Origin: an uncultured Gammaproteobacteria bacterium
GTDB lineage: Bacteria > Pseudomonadota > Gammaproteobacteria > GCA-002705445 > GCA-002716945
Assembly (NCBI GenBank): GCA_902521725.1
Contig: CABYTF010000005.1
Location: forward strand, 118 to 64,117
Direction of reading: 5' to 3'
DNA length: 64,000 nt
Shown here: in pieces, positions 29,303 through 41,134 of the stretch
How the letters are laid out: each line of letters begins with the position of its first letter
Numbering within the stretch: position 1 is the first letter of the stretch
Translations under genes and position numbers: made by a program
The notes under the pieces: model-generated
The model's database searches: none
What the model saw: the letters and a program-made list of their open reading frames with translations, nothing else
Told to the model about the DNA's origin: nothing

Positions 29303-32152
29303 ATGGACAAGTACATTAAGATTAAAGGAGCAAGAACTCATAATCTTAAAAATATCGATCTAGACCTTCCAAAAAACAATTTGATAACTATAACCGGTCT
29401 ATCAGGATCAGGGAAATCTTCTCTAGCATTTGACACAATATTTGCTGAGGGACAAAGGAGATATGTGGAGTCACTGTCAGCATATGCTAGACAATTCCTA
29501 TCAATGGTAGATAAACCAGATGTTGATAAGATAGAAGGGTTATCGCCAGCTATATCTATTGAGCAAAAATCTACATCACATAATCCAAGATCCACTGTTG
29601 GTACAGTAACAGAGATCCATGACTATCTAAGATTATTATATGCAAGAATAGGCGAGCCAAAATGTCCGGAGCACAATGTAGGTTTGGATGCGATGTCTAC
29701 ATCTGATATTTATCAGAAGCTGAGCGAGACCGTAGAGAAAAAAACTGTACTCATACTCTCGCCTATTGCACGACAACAGAAAGGTGAGCACATTAAAACA
29801 ATACAAAGTTTTGCGCAACAAGGTTACAGCCGTGTGAGAGTTAACAGTGAAGTTCATAAAATAAATGATATTTCTAAACACATGCTTGGGCATATTATTG
29901 ATCCAAAGAAGAAAAATGATATAGAAGTATTAATAGATAGAGTTGAAGTGAATGAGATGAATAAGCTTAGAATAATTGAATCATTGAATTCATGTTCAGA
30001 AATTTCTGATGGCATAATATTCATAAATGAAGTTGATAGTAACAAAGAATATATCTTTTCAACTAAGTATGCTTGTCCATACTGCGGTTATTCAGTTGGT
30101 AAACTTGAACCAAAATTATTTTCATTTAATTCACCCGCTGGAGCATGCGAGCGTTGTGATGGATTAGGCGTAGATGAGTTCTTTGATGAAAATAAGATTA
30201 TCGAGAATCCTGAATTGAGTCTGAGCAATGGCGCCATAACCGGATGGGATAAGAAAAATCTTTTATATAATTCCATGCTTACTTCATTGGCTGACCACTT
30301 CAAAGTAAATATAGATGAAAAATATTATAAGTTACCCAAAAAGTTTAGAGATATTCTTTTCAACGGCTCTGATGAGAAGATTGAATTTAACATTATTAAA
30401 CTTAATAAAAGAACCAAAAAAACCGTTAATACCTCAGAAACAAGGATCTGGGAGGGGATATGTAATATTTTTGAACGAAATTATAATAACGCCTTTAGAT
30501 TTAGTGTTAAGAGGTATTATGAGAGATTTCTTACTGAAAGTGTTTGTCGGGAGTGTGATGGTGATAGACTTAATATTTCTGCAAGAAATGTTTTTGTTGG
30601 AGGAAAGTCAATAAGTGAAGTCTCAAATCTAAATGTCGAAGATGCCATACAATTTTTCGATACTTTAAAACTTGATAGTATGAAAAAGAAGATCTCCGAG
30701 AAAATTATTTATGAAATATCATCGCGTTTGAAGTTTTTAAATAATGTTGGTCTGAAATACCTCACTTTATCGAGGAGTGCAGAAACCTTATCTGGAGGTG
30801 AGTCGCAGAGAATTAGACTAGCAAGCCAGATAGGATCTGGTTTGACTGGAGTGATGTATGTGTTAGATGAACCCTCTATAGGACTACATCAGAGAGATAA
30901 TGACAGATTGCTGAAAACTCTGAAGAATCTGCGAGATCTGGGAAACACTGTAATTGTAGTCGAGCATGACGAAGATACTATTTTATCATCAGATTATATA
31001 GTTGACATCGGTCCAAATGCAGGTGTTCACGGTGGACAAGTAGTTTTTTCAGGTAAACCAACAAAATTGAAATCTGCGTCTTCTCACACATCAGATTTTA
31101 TCTCAGGTAAAAACAAAATTGAGGTACCTAATAAGCGACTCAAGCCGAATGAAAAATGGATATCTGTAAGAAAGGCTTCTGCAAATAATCTAAATGATAT
31201 TAACGTCAAAATACCTATTGGTTTATTGACGTGTGTAACTGGAGTCTCTGGCTCTGGAAAGTCCTCACTTATAAATAATGTTTTATATTTATCGATTGTG
31301 AATAAATTGCTTGAAAATAATGAGGGTTTTGTCGATTGTGAAAACATAGATGGAATAGACAACATAGATAAGATAATTGATATTGATCAAAGCCCGATTG
31401 GAAGAACGCCGAGATCTAACCCAATAACATATACTGGAATTTTCTCATTGATAAGAGAGGAGTTTGCAAAAAAACCTGAATCTAAATCTAGGGGATATAC
31501 TCCTGGACGCTTCAGTTTCAATGTAAAAGGGAAAAATAATGGCGTTTGCCCAAATTGTGATGGACAAGGACAGATAAAAGTTGAAATGCATTTCTTATCA
31601 GATGTTTATGTTCAGTGTGAAAAATGTAATGGGAAAAGATACAACGATGAAACTCTAGAAATAAAATTAAATGGAAAAGATATAAGTGATGTCCTTGATA
31701 TGACAGTAGAAGAAGCTCTAGCATTTTTTAAAAATTATCCCAGAATATACAAGAAACTAATGGTGCTCTCTGACGTTGGCCTTGGATATATAAAACTAGG
31801 GCAAAGTGCCATAACACTCTCAGGCGGCGAAGCACAAAGGATAAAACTTGCAAAGGAATTGATAAGACCGGATACTGGCCATACATTATATGTCCTAGAT
31901 GAACCTACAACTGGTCTTCACAATTATGATGTTAAAAACCTACTTAAAGTTTTAAAAAGATTAAAGGATAAAGGGAATACACTAATTATTATTGAACATA
32001 ATCTAGATGTTATAAAAACAGCGGACTGGATTATTGATCTAGGACCTGAGGGTGGTAATGGTGGCGGTCATGTAATTGCAAGTGGGACTCCAGAGGATCT
32101 TATTAAAATCAAAAAATCTCACACAGGCAAGTATCTAAAATCAAAATTATAA
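29303..32152 (+). CDS. uvrA: Excinuclease ABC subunit A
   Basis: Two Walker A (GLSGSGKS, GVSGSGKS), LSGGE signatures, Zn fingers. Confidence 0.98.
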   Translation: MDKYIKIKGARTHNLKNIDLDLPKNNLITITGLSGSGKSSLAFDTIFAEGQRRYVESLSAYARQFLSMVDKPDVDKIEGLSPAISIEQKSTSHNPRSTVGTVTEIHDYLRLLYARIGEPKCPEHNVGLDAMSTSDIYQKLSETVEKKTVLILSPIARQQKGEHIKTIQSFAQQGYSRVRVNSEVHKINDISKHMLGHIIDPKKKNDIEVLIDRVEVNEMNKLRIIESLNSCSEISDGIIFINEVDSNKEYIFSTKYACPYCGYSVGKLEPKLFSFNSPAGACERCDGLGVDEFFDENKIIENPELSLSNGAITGWDKKNLLYNSMLTSLADHFKVNIDEKYYKLPKKFRDILFNGSDEKIEFNIIKLNKRTKKTVNTSETRIWEGICNIFERNYNNAFRFSVKRYYERFLTESVCRECDGDRLNISARNVFVGGKSISEVSNLNVEDAIQFFDTLKLDSMKKKISEKIIYEISSRLKFLNNVGLKYLTLSRSAETLSGGESQRIRLASQIGSGLTGVMYVLDEPSIGLHQRDNDRLLKTLKNLRDLGNTVIVVEHDEDTILSSDYIVDIGPNAGVHGGQVVFSGKPTKLKSASSHTSDFISGKNKIEVPNKRLKPNEKWISVRKASANNLNDINVKIPIGLLTCVTGVSGSGKSSLINNVLYLSIVNKLLENNEGFVDCENIDGIDNIDKIIDIDQSPIGRTPRSNPITYTGIFSLIREEFAKKPESKSRGYTPGRFSFNVKGKNNGVCPNCDGQGQIKVEMHFLSDVYVQCEKCNGKRYNDETLEIKLNGKDISDVLDMTVEEALAFFKNYPRIYKKLMVLSDVGLGYIKLGQSAITLSGGEAQRIKLAKELIRPDTGHTLYVLDEPTTGLHNYDVKNLLKVLKRLKDKGNTLIIIEHNLDVIKTADWIIDLGPEGGNGGGHVIASGTPEDLIKIKKSHTGKYLKSKL

Positions 32153-32154
32153 TA

Positions 32155-32508
32155 TTATTCTGATAACAGCACGTAAGCTACTGGTGACGCATCACCAAGT
32201 CTGTAGCCTTTCTTAAGAATTCTGAGGTAGCCCCCTGGTCTACTTTTAAATCTTGGACCAAGGACTTCAAACAGTTTTTTTACGGTTTTTTTATCACCTA
32301 GTCTTGAGTAAGCCAGTCTTCTTCTCATTAGAGTATCATTTTTAGCAAGTGTAATTAGCGGCTCTGCAGTTTTTCGGAGTTCTTTAGCTTTAGCAAGTGA
32401 TGTTTCTATATGTTCATGCTCAAATAGTGAAATAGCCATATTTCTGAACATAGCCTTTCTATGAGATGAATTTCTATTAAGCTGCCTGCCTGATTTCTTG
32501 TGTCTCAT
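32155..32508 (-). CDS. rplQ: 50S ribosomal protein L17
   Basis: [20 protein letters not shown]. Confidence 0.97.
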   Translation of the reverse strand: MRHKKSGRQLNRNSSHRKAMFRNMAISLFEHEHIETSLAKAKELRKTAEPLITLAKNDTLMRRRLAYSRLGDKKTVKKLFEVLGPRFKSRPGGYLRILKKGYRLGDASPVAYVLLSE

Positions 32509-33491
32509 TATCTTTTTTCTATACTTTTTGGAGGCCAATCTTCGATGATTTGGCCGAGTGATAAACTATGTGTTGATAGAACATCTTTTATTTCTGTGAG
32601 AGATTTTTTTCCAAGATTTGGAGTTTTGAGAAGTTCGTTTTCACTTCTTTGAACCAAATCGCCGATATAATGAATGTTTTCCGCTTTTAGGCAGTTTGCA
32701 GATCTTACTGTTAACTCAAGATCATCCACTGGTCTTAGCAAGACTGGATCAATATGATTTTCATCAACTTCATCTTGAGTTTCGTTCTTAATTTCAAGGT
32801 GACTAAACACCTCAAGCTGTTCTCTTAATATTTTACCCGCGGTTCTAATAGCATCTTCAGGGTCGATGGTGCTATTTGTCTCGAGCTCTATAATTAATTT
32901 ATCTAGGTCAGCTTTTTGTTTTACCCTTGCATTATCTACACTGTAAGATACTTTCTCTACTGGCGTAAACGATGCATCGACCTGCATTTTACCTATTCCC
33001 AGATCTTCTAGTTCGTTAAACTTTCGCTTAGTAGCAGGCTGGTATCCTTTGCCTTGTGATATAGTTAAATTAATTACCAATTCAGTTTTATCATTTGTAA
33101 TGTTGGCCAAGCAAAATTCTGGGCTTTTAATTTCAAGGTTTGGGTGCTCCTCTATGTCTGATGCTAATACCGGACCTTTCCCTTTTTTGCGAAGAACAAC
33201 CTCAATCTTATCTTTTTCATGCAAAACTAAAGCTAATTTTTTGATATTCAGAATTATTTCTAGAACATCTTCTTGTACACCGTCAATAGTACTATATTCG
33301 TGGAGTATATTATCTATTGAAACCTCAGTTACAGCACTGCCAGGCATCGATGATAACAGAACTCTTCTAAGTGCATTTCCTAAGGTGTGGCCAAAGCCTC
33401 TTTCCAGGGGCTGAATTACTATCTTTGATTTAGAATCAGATATCATTTCTATATCGACTAAGTTTGGTTTTAAAAATGTGATTGCTTTCAT
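32508..33491 (-). CDS. rpoA: RNA polymerase alpha subunit
   Basis: [28 protein letters not shown]. Confidence 0.98.
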   Translation of the reverse strand: MKAITFLKPNLVDIEMISDSKSKIVIQPLERGFGHTLGNALRRVLLSSMPGSAVTEVSIDNILHEYSTIDGVQEDVLEIILNIKKLALVLHEKDKIEVVLRKKGKGPVLASDIEEHPNLEIKSPEFCLANITNDKTELVINLTISQGKGYQPATKRKFNELEDLGIGKMQVDASFTPVEKVSYSVDNARVKQKADLDKLIIELETNSTIDPEDAIRTAGKILREQLEVFSHLEIKNETQDEVDENHIDPVLLRPVDDLELTVRSANCLKAENIHYIGDLVQRSENELLKTPNLGKKSLTEIKDVLSTHSLSLGQIIEDWPPKSIEKR

Positions 33492-33501
33492 AAGTTACCT
33501 A

Positions 33502-34122
33502 TTATTTTGAGTATAATTCTACGATCAACGATTCATTGATTTCTTTTGGTAGTTCAGATCTCTCAGGGATTCTTAAATATGTCGCCGTAAGATTTTTAGA
33601 ATCTACATCAATCCAATCGCTAGGGTTGCGTGTTTCAGCCACAGACATAGCAAACTGAATCCTAGACTGATCTTTGCATTTGCCCCTGACTGAAATTTTG
33701 TCAGTTGCTTGGACCTGGTAAGATGGAATATTTATTACATTGCCATTTACTTCAATATTTTTGTGATTTACTAACTGTCTAGATTCTGCTCTTGTTGACC
33801 CAAAGCCAGATCGGTACACAACATTATCTAATCGCGATTCTAAAAAAGTAAGTAGATTTTCACCTGTTGACCCTTTTTTGCTGGCTGATTTTTTATAATA
33901 ATTTCTAAATTGTTTCTCTAAAATTCCATACAATCTTTTGACTTTTTGCTTCTCTCTAAGCTGTAATGCATAATCAGATAGCTTTTCTCTTCTCTCACCA
34001 ATTATCCCTGGCTTTCTCTCAAGATTACATTTAGTGTCGAGGGCTCTAGACCCAGACTTTAAATATAAATCGGTACCCTCTCGCCTCATTAGTTTACATT
34101 TTGAACCAGTATACTTTGCCAT
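33502..34122 (-). CDS. rpsD: 30S ribosomal protein S4
   Basis: [26 protein letters not shown]. Confidence 0.98.
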   Translation of the reverse strand: MAKYTGSKCKLMRREGTDLYLKSGSRALDTKCNLERKPGIIGERREKLSDYALQLREKQKVKRLYGILEKQFRNYYKKSASKKGSTGENLLTFLESRLDNVVYRSGFGSTRAESRQLVNHKNIEVNGNVINIPSYQVQATDKISVRGKCKDQSRIQFAMSVAETRNPSDWIDVDSKNLTATYLRIPERSELPKEINESLIVELYSK

Positions 34123-34505
34123 TAAACTCTTCTCTTCTTAGGTGGTCTGCAACCATTATGTGGTAACGGTGTAATGTCTTTAATATTCGTAATTTTATAT
34201 CCTACATTGTTAAGCGCCCTTACAGCAGAGTCTCTGCCAGGACCAGGTCCTTTGACTAAAACTTCTAAACTTTTGAGACCAAAGATAGTAGCTTTTTGTC
34301 CCGCCTTTTCTGCTGCGATCTGTGCTGCAAAAGGTGTGCTCTTTCTTGAGCCTCTGAAACCTGAGCCACCAGATGTTGCCCAAGCGAGCGTGTTGCCCTG
34401 TTTATCTGTGATGGTTACGATGGTATTATTAAAAGATGCATTTATATGCGCAATACCCTCATTCACAACTTTTTTTACTTTTTTCTTTTTAGATTTTTCT
34501 ACCAT
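34122..34505 (-). CDS. rpsK: 30S ribosomal protein S11
   Basis: [30 protein letters not shown]. Confidence 0.98.
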   Translation of the reverse strand: MVEKSKKKKVKKVVNEGIAHINASFNNTIVTITDKQGNTLAWATSGGSGFRGSRKSTPFAAQIAAEKAGQKATIFGLKSLEVLVKGPGPGRDSAVRALNNVGYKITNIKDITPLPHNGCRPPKKRRV

Positions 34506-34506
34506 A

Positions 34507-34866
34507 TCATTTAGCTTTAAGTAATTTTCTAGGACCTTTACGGGTTCTACTATTATTTTTAGTTTTCTGACCACGCAGAGGCAAACCTTTTCTATGTCTA
34601 ATTCCTCTATATGAGCCTACATCCATGAGTCTTTTGATATTCATAGAATTTTCTCTTCTAAGGTCGCCCTCGAGCTGATAAGCATCTATAAATTGACGTA
34701 TGCTCTCAAGATCTTTTTCCTGTAAATCTTTTACCTTTTTTGTAGCTTCAATACCAACTTTATCGCATATATGCTTTGCTCGGGTGTCACCGATACCATA
34801 AATGGAAGTTAGAGCTATCCATATATGCTTGTTGTTAGGTAGATTTATTCCTGCTATTCTTGCCAT
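34507..34866 (-). CDS. rpsM: 30S ribosomal protein S13
   Basis: [24 protein letters not shown]. Confidence 0.98.
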   Translation of the reverse strand: MARIAGINLPNNKHIWIALTSIYGIGDTRAKHICDKVGIEATKKVKDLQEKDLESIRQFIDAYQLEGDLRRENSMNIKRLMDVGSYRGIRHRKGLPLRGQKTKNNSRTRKGPRKLLKAK

Positions 34867-34884
34867 TTCTATCTCTGAGCGTAA

Positions 34885-34913
34885 ATTCTATAGTTCATTG
34901 GTCTCTAATACAA
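34885..34913 (-). promoter_or_regulatory. Alpha-operon sigma70 promoter
   Basis: TTGTAT-17 nt-TAGAAT upstream of rpsM. Confidence 0.65.
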
Positions 34914-34921
34914 CTAATATC

Positions 34922-35035
34922 TCATCCTTGTCTTTGTTTGTGTCTAGGGTCTTTACATATGACTCTTACAACGCGGTTTCTTCTAATAATTCTGCAATTT
35001 CTGCATAATTTTTTCACTGATGCTCTTACCTTCAT
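34922..35035 (-). CDS. rpmJ: 50S ribosomal protein L36 (absent from the ORF track)
   Basis: Manual translation [37 protein letters not shown]; ATGA overlap with secY. Confidence 0.96.
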   Translation of the reverse strand: MKVRASVKKLCRNCRIIRRNRVVRVICKDPRHKQRQG

Positions 35036-36381
35036 CTCATTCCTCCTCCAATACCTCTGAGGTTAGCTTTCTTCATCATTCCTTCGTATTGCTGAGATAA
35101 TAAATGTGACTGCACCTGTGCCATCAAATCCATTACAACTACTACAACTATTAGTAATGATGTTCCCCCAAAATAGAATGGTACATTAAAATATAATATT
35201 AGAAATTCTGGTAACAAGCATACAGCGGTTATATACATAGCTCCGACAGTCGTTAGTTTAGTTGTAATCCCATCAATATATTTTGCTGTCTGGTCTCCGG
35301 GTCTAATTCCAGGTATGAATGCTCCTGATTTTTTTAGATTATCAGCTGTCTCTCTAGGATTAAAAACAAGAGCTGTGTAAAAAAAACAGAAAAAGATTAT
35401 AGCCAGTGCATACAACATTATGTATGGCGGCTGACCGGGAGATAAGGTCATTGCGATCTTTTGAACGATACTATCTGGTGACCCAGATCCTGACCAACTC
35501 GCTATCGTAGCAGGAAATAAAATTATTGCCGACGCAAATATAGGTGGAATTACACCAGCCATATTTAGCTTTAGTGGGAGAAAGCTACTTTGCGCTGCAT
35601 ACATCTTTCTGCCTTGCATTTTTCTAGCATAATTAATTGGAATCTTTCTTTGCCCTCGTTCGATATATACAACAAATGCAGTGATAACTATAGCTAATAA
35701 AAATATAAGTATGACGCTAAAGTTTTGTATTTCACCATTTCTTGCAAGCTCTATAGTTCCACCTATTGCAGAAGGTAACCCTGCAACAATTCCAGCAAAA
35801 ATTATTATTGAAATACCGTTTCCTACGCCACGTTCTGTGATTTGCTCACCAAGCCAAATTAAAAACATAGTTCCTGTAACCAAGGTAATAACTCCTGTGA
35901 TGAAAAACCCTAAACCAGGATCAAGAACTAATGTAGTTGTTGAGGTATTCTGATTCATCAGTGCGTTCATTACTCCCATTGATTGAAGCAGTGCAAGCAG
36001 TAATGTGAAATAGCGTGTATATTTTGTAATAGTTTTTCTTCCTCTCTCACCCTCTTTTCTCAACTGGATTAGGGGTGCGTATATATGTGTCATCATTTGT
36101 ATGATAATAGACGCAGAAATGTAAGGCATCACACCAAGCGCGAATATAGACATTCTGGACAGTGATCCTCCGGAAAACATATTAAACATATCAAGAATGC
36201 TGCCTCTTTGTTGTTCAAATAAAAAACTCATTACTGCAGGGTCGATGCCTGGAAGAGTAATAAAGCTCCCGAGTCTGAAAACAATTAATGCGAAAATAAC
36301 AAAAAAGATTCTTTGCCTTAATTCAGATGATTTTGTTAGACCTCCAAGATTGGGAGACATACTAGAAGCAGCTCTGGACAT
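35032..36381 (-). CDS. secY: Preprotein translocase SecY
   Basis: [40 protein letters not shown]. Confidence 0.98.
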   Translation of the reverse strand: MSRAASSMSPNLGGLTKSSELRQRIFFVIFALIVFRLGSFITLPGIDPAVMSFLFEQQRGSILDMFNMFSGGSLSRMSIFALGVMPYISASIIIQMMTHIYAPLIQLRKEGERGRKTITKYTRYFTLLLALLQSMGVMNALMNQNTSTTTLVLDPGLGFFITGVITLVTGTMFLIWLGEQITERGVGNGISIIIFAGIVAGLPSAIGGTIELARNGEIQNFSVILIFLLAIVITAFVVYIERGQRKIPINYARKMQGRKMYAAQSSFLPLKLNMAGVIPPIFASAIILFPATIASWSGSGSPDSIVQKIAMTLSPGQPPYIMLYALAIIFFCFFYTALVFNPRETADNLKKSGAFIPGIRPGDQTAKYIDGITTKLTTVGAMYITAVCLLPEFLILYFNVPFYFGGTSLLIVVVVVMDLMAQVQSHLLSQQYEGMMKKANLRGIGGGMR

Positions 36382-36788
36382 TACTTGATAAACTCCATCA
36401 CTGATTTTGTAGCGACTACATCAACTAACTTTTTCTTTGAAGAAATAGTCACAGGTCCTATTATCTTTACTTTCTTGGCTTTATTACAAACAAGATTATG
36501 CTTTTTTAGTAAATCTATGGTTATTTCTTTTTCTTTGATCTTATCTAAATAATCATATTTTAGTTCAACAGTATTAATATTTTTCCGTGTGGAAAACCCA
36601 ACTTTAGGCAATCTTCTTTGCAACGGCATTTGACCTCCCTCAAAACCTACCTGAACTTTACCTCCGGTACGAGACTTTTGTCCTTTATGACCACGTCCAC
36701 AAGTTTTACCTGTTCCTGACGCTATACCTCTGCCCACTCTTTTTTTTGTGTGTTTAGATTCTCTCTTTGGTTTAATCTCATTTAACAT
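36381..36788 (-). CDS. rplO: 50S ribosomal protein L15
   Basis: [27 protein letters not shown]. Confidence 0.97.
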   Translation of the reverse strand: MLNEIKPKRESKHTKKRVGRGIASGTGKTCGRGHKGQKSRTGGKVQVGFEGGQMPLQRRLPKVGFSTRKNINTVELKYDYLDKIKEKEITIDLLKKHNLVCNKAKKVKIIGPVTISSKKKLVDVVATKSVMEFIK

Positions 36789-36792
36789 CGCA

Positions 36793-36978
36793 TTACTCTT
36801 CAATACTCTCAACGATTAACATATGCTTGACAACATTTATCATTCCAAGGTTTTCTGGAGTGTCATCTAAAATCCTAGTGTCGCTAATTCTTTTTAGTCC
36901 TAGACCTTTAATGCACGCTATCTGTTTCTTTGTTTTACCAATCAGACTCAATTTTTGTGAAACTTTAATTTTACTCAT
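36793..36978 (-). CDS. rpmD: 50S ribosomal protein L30
   Basis: [16 protein letters not shown]; position. Confidence 0.95.
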   Translation of the reverse strand: MSKIKVSQKLSLIGKTKKQIACIKGLGLKRISDTRILDDTPENLGMINVVKHMLIVESIEE

Positions 36979-36987
36979 GACTTTACC

Positions 36988-37479
36988 TTATAACTCGCTT
37001 GTTTTCTTTCCTCTTTTCAATGCCACTTGGGCTGGATAGTACATTGATTCTAGACCCTTGACTGTTGCTTTAACCACATTTATGGGATTAGTTGATCCTA
37101 TACTTTTAGCAAGAACATTATGTATCCCTGTTGCCTCAAATACGGCTCGCATAGCTCCACCCGCTATAACTCCAGTACCCTCTCCAGCTGGTTGCATATA
37201 TACTTTTGCAGAACCATGCTCAAAGGTAATTGCATGATGAAGAGTTCCCTTTTTAAGAGACACTGATACCATACTCTTCTTTGCTTTCTCCATAGCTTTC
37301 TGGATTGCTACGGGAACTTCTTTCGCTTTGCCATAACCATAGCCCACTCTTCCATGTCCATCACCTACAACTGTTAATGCTGTAAATCCAAATTGACGAC
37401 CACCTTTGACGACTTTGGCAACACGATTAACGGCAACTAGTTTTTCTATATAATCTGAATTTCTCTCATCGGTCGCCAT
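36988..37479 (-). CDS. rpsE: 30S ribosomal protein S5
   Basis: [18 protein letters not shown]. Confidence 0.98.
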   Translation of the reverse strand: MATDERNSDYIEKLVAVNRVAKVVKGGRQFGFTALTVVGDGHGRVGYGYGKAKEVPVAIQKAMEKAKKSMVSVSLKKGTLHHAITFEHGSAKVYMQPAGEGTGVIAGGAMRAVFEATGIHNVLAKSIGSTNPINVVKATVKGLESMYYPAQVALKRGKKTSEL

Positions 37480-37838
37480 TATATTTTTACTCCTTTGTCT
37501 CTTAATGCCTCAGCAACTGCTTTTACTCTGCCATGATATCTATATCCGGAACGATCGAAAGCGACATTAGTAATTTTAGCTTTTTTGATATAATTAGCCA
37601 TTTTAAGACCAATATCTGCGGCACTCTTAATATTATTAGCTTTGGCTTTGTTGTCTTTCTGATTAGTAGATATAGTCGTGATTACTTTATCGCCATTCGG
37701 TGAGATCAACTGAAGGTACATATGCTGAATTGATCTGTGAACGCTGATTCTATGGTTACCTGAATCAGCTATTTTCGATCTGGTCTTGGCAGCTCTTCTC
37801 AGCCTTTGCTCGTTTTTATTTCTAGTAATTAATTTCAT
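37479..37838 (-). CDS. rplR: 50S ribosomal protein L18
   Basis: [14 protein letters not shown]. Confidence 0.97.
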   Translation of the reverse strand: MKLITRNKNEQRLRRAAKTRSKIADSGNHRISVHRSIQHMYLQLISPNGDKVITTISTNQKDNKAKANNIKSAADIGLKMANYIKKAKITNVAFDRSGYRYHGRVKAVAEALRDKGVKI

Positions 37839-38362
37839 TATTTTTTCTTAGCCTCTTTTTTGACTATTTGTTCGTCTGCATACTTTATCCCTTTACCCTT
37901 ATATGGCTCAGGTGGTCTTACCGATCTAATGTCTGCAGCTACTTGCCCAACTTTTTGCTTATCAATACCAGATATTACAATTTCAGTTTGAGATGGTGTG
38001 TTTATTGTAATTCCCTCTGGTATGTCAAAGTTAACTGGATGAGAATAACCTACGACTAACTCTAATTTGAGCTTATCCGCTTTAGCTCTGTAACCTACTC
38101 CAACAAGTAAGAGTTTTTTCTCCCATCCTTTGGATACACCAGTAACCATGTTACTAATTAATGCTCGGGTTGTTCCACTCATGGCTGTAGACTCTGACTT
38201 TGTGCTCACACTGAGGAGATTCTCAGTTTGCTCGATAGTTACATCATCTGGCTTGACAAACTCTAGTTTACCTTTCGGACCCTCAATATGAATAGTGTTA
38301 TTTGTGACATTAAATTTAATGTCTGCTGATAATTCTACTGGTTTGCTAGCTACTTTAGACAT
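37838..38362 (-). CDS. rplF: 50S ribosomal protein L6
   Basis: GVGYRA, RPPEPYKGKGI. Confidence 0.98.
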   Translation of the reverse strand: MSKVASKPVELSADIKFNVTNNTIHIEGPKGKLEFVKPDDVTIEQTENLLSVSTKSESTAMSGTTRALISNMVTGVSKGWEKKLLLVGVGYRAKADKLKLELVVGYSHPVNFDIPEGITINTPSQTEIVISGIDKQKVGQVAADIRSVRPPEPYKGKGIKYADEQIVKKEAKKK

Positions 38363-38365
38363 AAA

Positions 38366-38758
38366 CTATGAGATATAACAAATAATCTCTCCTCCGCATT
38401 TCTTCTCTTTGGCCGACTTACCTGTCATTAAGCCCTGAGAAGTTGATATGATACATATTCCGAGACCATTTTTAACAAGCGGGATCTCATCAGATGATTT
38501 ATAAATTCGAAGTCCTGGTCTGCTAACTCTTTTTATATAGTCAATAACAGGTTTACCCTCAAAATATTTCAGATCAACAATAAGTGTCCTGATTTTACCT
38601 TCATCGCTATTGTAACCGTCAATGTAACCCTCATCTAACATGACTTTACATATCGACTCTTTCATTTTTGAGTACGGTGCAGATATAGACTTCTTATTGG
38701 ACATCTGTCCATTGCGTATTCTTGTAAGAAGATCAGATATTGTATCGTTCATGCTCAT
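38366..38758 (-). CDS. rpsH: 30S ribosomal protein S8
   Basis: DLLTRIRN, SRPGLRIY, STSQG. Confidence 0.98.
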   Translation of the reverse strand: MSMNDTISDLLTRIRNGQMSNKKSISAPYSKMKESICKVMLDEGYIDGYNSDEGKIRTLIVDLKYFEGKPVIDYIKRVSRPGLRIYKSSDEIPLVKNGLGICIISTSQGLMTGKSAKEKKCGGEIICYIS

Positions 38759-38762
38759 AGCT

Positions 38763-39068
38763 TTACCAACTCGCTTTCGTTAAACCAGGAATAAGCCCTG
38801 ACATAGCCATTTCTCTTAATTTAGTTCTTCCCAATGTGAACTTTCTATAAACTCCTCTTGGTCTACCTGTTAAGGCACATCTATTTCTTTTCCTTACTGA
38901 GAGTGCATTCAATGGAATCTTTTGTAGTTTTAATCTAAGTTGTATCGCTTCATCATCAGATGTTTTGCTATCTTTTAACTTTTCCTTAATCATTTTTATT
39001 TTAGAGATATATTTTTTGTTAAGTTTTTCTCTCTTTTTTTCTCTCTCGATCATAGATAATTTTGCCAT
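38763..39068 (-). CDS. rpsN: 30S ribosomal protein S14 (long, Zn-independent type)
   Basis: [30 protein letters not shown]. Confidence 0.97.
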   Translation of the reverse strand: MAKLSMIEREKKREKLNKKYISKIKMIKEKLKDSKTSDDEAIQLRLKLQKIPLNALSVRKRNRCALTGRPRGVYRKFTLGRTKLREMAMSGLIPGLTKASW

Positions 39069-39069
39069 G

Positions 39070-39606
39070 TCATTTAAATGGAAAGTTAAACTGTTTGAAT
39101 AACTCCATTGCCTCCTCATTATTTTTTGCACTAGTTGTTATGCATATATCAAGTCCCTTAATTTTGTCAATCTTATCAAAATCAATTTCAGGGAAGATTA
39201 TATGCTCTTTGATGCCTAAAGTATAATTCCCTCTACCATCAAAAGATTTTTCGCTATAACCTCGAAAATCCCTAGTTCTCGGTAGAGATATTTTTATAAG
39301 TTTTTCAAAAAAATCATACATCATTTGACCTCTTAACGTCACTTTGCAGCCTATAGGCATCCCCTCTCTAAGCTTAAAATTAGCAATCGATTTTTTAGCA
39401 TATGTCAAAACAGCTTTTTGTCCAGCAATTTGAGTTAATTCCTCTTGGGCTTTCTCTAATATTTTCTTATCCGCTATCGCTGAACCTAGTCCCATGTTTA
39501 AAGTGATTTTTATCAGACGAGGAGCTTCCATATTTGATTTAAATTTAAACCTCTCCATCAATGCAGGCACAACATTTTCTTGGTAATATTCTTTATAGGT
39601 ATTCAT
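39070..39606 (-). CDS. rplE: 50S ribosomal protein L5
   Basis: [23 protein letters not shown]. Confidence 0.98.
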   Translation of the reverse strand: MNTYKEYYQENVVPALMERFKFKSNMEAPRLIKITLNMGLGSAIADKKILEKAQEELTQIAGQKAVLTYAKKSIANFKLREGMPIGCKVTLRGQMMYDFFEKLIKISLPRTRDFRGYSEKSFDGRGNYTLGIKEHIIFPEIDFDKIDKIKGLDICITTSAKNNEEAMELFKQFNFPFK

Positions 39607-39923
39607 TAAATATCTATTACCTCCCTATTAGATTTATAAATTCTAACTTTCTTACCAGACTCAAGTTTCTTGAATCCAACTCTATCCTGTTTCTTCGTTA
39701 CAGGATTAAATAACATAATATTTGATAATTCTATAGGCATCTCTTTTTCTATTATCCCACCTTCTATTCCAGCATTTGGGTTTGGCTTAGTGTGTTTTTT
39801 TGCCATATTAATTGCTGAAACAAGGCATTTATTGTTATCAAGCAGCTTTATAACCTCTCCTTTTTTACCTTTGTCCTTTCCTGCAACCACTATGACAGAA
39901 TCTCCTTTTTTAATTTTGTTCAT
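39606..39923 (-). CDS. rplX: 50S ribosomal protein L24
   Basis: KOW motif [14 protein letters not shown]. Confidence 0.97.
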   Translation of the reverse strand: MNKIKKGDSVIVVAGKDKGKKGEVIKLLDNNKCLVSAINMAKKHTKPNPNAGIEGGIIEKEMPIELSNIMLFNPVTKKQDRVGFKKLESGKKVRIYKSNREVIDI

Positions 39924-40292
39924 CTACAGGACCTCCGGTGCCAAAGAAATAATCTTCATGAACGTTAAGTCTCTCAACTCTCTGGTGACAGGTCCAAATA
40001 TTCTAGTGCCAATTGGCTCCAGTTTATTGTCAAGAAGAACAACTGCATTGCTATCAAATCTGATTAGAGAGCCATCCGGTCTTCTCACGCCTTTTTTGGT
40101 CCTTACAATCACGGCGTTGTACACCTCGCCCTTTTTAACTTTTGCCTTTGGAAGGGCGTCCTTGATCGCGACCTTTATCACATCTCCAACTGAAGCAAAC
40201 CTTCTATGGGAGCCGCCCAAGACTTTGATACACATCACTTTCCTAGCTCCACTATTGTCAGCTGATTTTAAAATTGTTTGCATTTGAATCAT
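39924..40292 (-). CDS. rplN: 50S ribosomal protein L14
   Basis: [23 protein letters not shown]. Confidence 0.98.
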   Translation of the reverse strand: MIQMQTILKSADNSGARKVMCIKVLGGSHRRFASVGDVIKVAIKDALPKAKVKKGEVYNAVIVRTKKGVRRPDGSLIRFDSNAVVLLDNKLEPIGTRIFGPVTRELRDLTFMKIISLAPEVL

Positions 40293-40300
40293 AGCTATTA

Positions 40301-40537
40301 CTATTCCTCTACTAATACCCAAGTCTTAGTTTTTGACACTGGTCGACATTGCTTAATCTTAATTATTTCGCCCACCACACACTTATTATTCTCATCATGA
40401 ACGTGATATTTGGTCGATCTCTTGATAAATTTTCCATTTACAGGATGCTTAACAAGTCTCTCAACACTTACAACAGCAGACTTGTCCATTGCTGATTTCA
40501 ATACTTTTGCAGTGATAATTTTTGCTTTATTTTCCAT
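40301..40537 (-). CDS. rpsQ: 30S ribosomal protein S17
   Basis: [19 protein letters not shown]. Confidence 0.96.
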   Translation of the reverse strand: MENKAKIITAKVLKSAMDKSAVVSVERLVKHPVNGKFIKRSTKYHVHDENNKCVVGEIIKIKQCRPVSKTKTWVLVEE

Positions 40538-40724
40538 TCTTCATCTCGTTCAAGATTGTTTTCACTCTTGCTATGGTAATTTTATTTTCTCTAAATAAAT
40601 TTGGTTTAGGATTTAAGCCAGAACCTCTTTTTATTCTCAGATTAAACCTCTCTTTTGCAAGATCCTCAAGGGTTTGCTGTAATTCGTCCTGGCTCTTTTT
40701 TCTTAATTCATCTAACTTAATCAT
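40527..40724 (-). CDS. rpmC: 50S ribosomal protein L29
   Basis: [20 protein letters not shown]. Confidence 0.95.
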   Translation of the reverse strand: MIKLDELRKKSQDELQQTLEDLAKERFNLRIKRGSGLNPKPNLFRENKITIARVKTILNEMKNGK

Positions 40725-41134
40725 AGTGCAGTCCTAGTAACAAATGTTGTTAATACAGGTAGTTTTGCAGCTGCGAGCCTGAATGCCTCTCTAGCAATCT
40801 CCTCGGAGACTCCCTCCATTTCATATAAGACTTTCCCAGGCTGTACTTTTGACACCCAATACTCAACATTTCCTTTACCTTTACCCATTCTCACCTCAAT
40901 AGGTTTTTTTGTTATTGGCACATCAGGAAATATCCTTATCCATACCTTGCCACCACGTTTTATATATCGAGTCATAGCTCTTCTTGCTGCCTCAATTTGT
41001 CGTGCTGTTACTCGTCCTCGTGAGGTGGCTTTCAAACCGAACTCACCAAAACTTACTTTCGCTCCAGATGTAGCAAAACCTCTGAGTCTACCCTTTTGCT
41101 GTTTTCTAAATTTTGTCTTCTTTGGTTGTAACAT
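40721..41134 (-). CDS. rplP: 50S ribosomal protein L16
   Basis: MLQPK, RMGKGKG. Confidence 0.98.
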   Translation of the reverse strand: MLQPKKTKFRKQQKGRLRGFATSGAKVSFGEFGLKATSRGRVTARQIEAARRAMTRYIKRGGKVWIRIFPDVPITKKPIEVRMGKGKGNVEYWVSKVQPGKVLYEMEGVSEEIAREAFRLAAAKLPVLTTFVTRTAL

